Shown here in pieces: positions 62,335-63,884 of a stretch of 63,884 nt of DNA. The notes under the pieces were generated by a model. The model searched no databases and was not told where the DNA came from. It saw nothing but the letters and a program-made list of their open reading frames with translations. The position numbers and the translations under genes are program-made. Source of the stretch: a virus (taxonomy: Duplodnaviria > Caudoviricetes); IMG/VR virus record IMGVR_UViG_3300025132_000031, positions 1 to 63,884 of that record; one strand, given 5' to 3'. Numbering within the stretch: the first letter of the stretch is position 1; every line of letters begins with the position of its first letter.

Positions 62335-63753
62335 TTACTTGATAATGACAGGGGCATCAGCAGAGCTGCCATCAACGGCTTCAATCATTGGGTATTCGAC
62401 TCCCCCTTGAGTGACTGTTGATTCGAAAGCTTGCGTTGCGCTATTAAAAATCCTCATACTTTGAGTACCTCGTTGTAGCCACCAATCATTTTGTCGACAC
62501 CAACTAATGTCTGGTTCAGTGGGATCATTCCATAGCATAGGCAAATTAGAAGGTCTAATGTTGTCTCTGACGTCTCCCCCCGGAAATAATTCAATACCTA
62601 CAACTTCCGCCAACGAAAGAATATAACGGTCGTAATTAATTCTGTTTCTTGCATTGTATTGCCTATAAACTTCATCATCAAAATCACGTTCCATCTTCAC
62701 ACCAAAAGACCTTAAATCGTCGTCGTTCACTGGATAATCATTAGGTTCATACCAAGGAATACCACACTCCCACCTGAGAGCATGCATGTGCTTGCATTCT
62801 CTTCTTTCATCTATACGTCTAGGTAAACTTCTCCATTGTCTGTAGTAACCTGCACCTTCTTTTTCCCATGCGGAAAATACACTTCTACTTGCGTTAGGCA
62901 GGGGGAAGGAATCCATCCCTCCGCTGTCTTTAGGAAATTCTAAGTTTGCGAGTGCACCACCTAAGTGATCAGGGCAGCAACAAAATAACTTATGGGAAGA
63001 GCATAAATGACGGCTACCACTAGTATCCCATAGGTTGGGAGAAGCTGGATCATAGTCTAATTTTTTCCAATAGATTGTATTATTTACCTTAACTCTTCCA
63101 TACGCTTTTGATAAGTCAAATGTCAGTGTCATACCAGCAACACTTGCAGCTTTTAGCGTTAAAGCAACACTGCCTACAGGTTCCTCTACAACATCACTTG
63201 GGTAGTTAGTTCCACTCGCTGTGTCTTCAAATTGATCACCAATAAATACATTAAAAATACCCACCTGAGATGCTGTCAAAACACCACTCACGTCGTAAAC
63301 TAATTCGTGATTTGCCGGTTCAGGATCTGCAGTAAAGGTCGTGATTGCAGAAGCACTAAGAGGTTGAGGAAGAATAATACTTCCACGAGTTCGACAACCT
63401 ACATACCATGTTCTCTCTGGACTTGATTTGCTAGGAAACATAACAACAATATCTTTAGATACTCCACTAACAGCTCCAGTAGAGAATCTAGTATTGCTAT
63501 ATAGATATTTATCATCCCAAGAACGACCTAATCCGTAAAAATAAGCTTGTCCTAATTGCCAACGTTTATAGTCAGTTGTTTGATTGTATTGTTCTAAAAC
63601 TGTAGGAAATAAAGCCGTTCCATATTCACCTGCTCCTGACGTCTTGTTTGGATATAATCCCTTTGCTCTGGGCTTTAATCCACGACTCATTGACTGCATG
63701 CCGAAGCCACTTCCCAAAGAAGCAGCTCCTAGTCCACAGCAACTCTTACCCAT
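62335..63753 (-). CDS. Protein with SWIM-like zinc finger
   Basis: FCCCPD...ECKHMHA (CxC-Xn-CxH). Confidence 0.65.
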   Translation of the reverse strand: MGKSCCGLGAASLGSGFGMQSMSRGLKPRAKGLYPNKTSGAGEYGTALFPTVLEQYNQTTDYKRWQLGQAYFYGLGRSWDDKYLYSNTRFSTGAVSGVSKDIVVMFPSKSSPERTWYVGCRTRGSIILPQPLSASAITTFTADPEPANHELVYDVSGVLTASQVGIFNVFIGDQFEDTASGTNYPSDVVEEPVGSVALTLKAASVAGMTLTFDLSKAYGRVKVNNTIYWKKLDYDPASPNLWDTSGSRHLCSSHKLFCCCPDHLGGALANLEFPKDSGGMDSFPLPNASRSVFSAWEKEGAGYYRQWRSLPRRIDERRECKHMHALRWECGIPWYEPNDYPVNDDDLRSFGVKMERDFDDEVYRQYNARNRINYDRYILSLAEVVGIELFPGGDVRDNIRPSNLPMLWNDPTEPDISWCRQNDWWLQRGTQSMRIFNSATQAFESTVTQGGVEYPMIEAVDGSSADAPVIIK

Positions 63754-63755
63754 CT

Positions 63756-63884
63756 CTATAAATAACTCTTGTCGTAATAAAAGCTACTTCTCTTTGGTGC
63801 CCCTCGTTTTAAACCGGCTTTTGCATAAGGACGATCACGACTTGACCCTGGTCCTGCTGTAACCATTCCAGAATCGTCAGTTCT
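63756..63884 (-). CDS. 3' end of a gene starting beyond the window
   Basis: Open frame ...GAPKRSSFYYDKSYL* ending 2 nt before the next ATG. Confidence 0.55.
   Translation of the reverse strand, partial: RTDDSGMVTAGPGSSRDRPYAKAGLKRGAPKRSSFYYDKSYL

Overview
A ~64 kb segment of a dsDNA tailed phage of marine picocyanobacteria (Prochlorococcus/Synechococcus type). The host assignment rests on two hli genes, psbN-, nblA-, DUF4278- and DUF3288-like genes, five 2OG-Fe(II) oxygenase-like genes and a cyanobacterial-type ThyX homologue. All family calls are from motif recognition by eye, not database searches. Layout: (i) 1-12.2 kb, minus-strand block of mostly unknown, probably virion/internal proteins, including a DUF4214-repeat protein with a Hint domain and a PAPS-reductase-family gene; (ii) ~0.55 kb non-coding strand switch; (iii) 12.8-42.5 kb, plus-strand early/replication block, starting with an array of [conserved motif]-[small ORF]-[terminator] units, then Gp157, DUF932, Gp88, a C5 methyltransferase with an embedded second frame, SSB-like genes, exonuclease, primase/VapE helicase, a candidate origin and nucleotide-metabolism genes; (iv) 42.5-63.9 kb, mostly minus-strand auxiliary and tail genes. 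I saw no terminase, portal, major capsid, DNA/RNA polymerase, integrase, tRNA or CRISPR array. The best candidates for new biology are: a shared R-x-A-G-[D/Q] peptide motif in about ten mostly unrelated late proteins; ten copies of a TGTnn-N10-GTACATT element defining gene cassettes; and four intact enzyme homologues (HNH, ThyX, Dam-type MTase, peptidase M15) within 5 kb that all appear to lack their catalytic residues.
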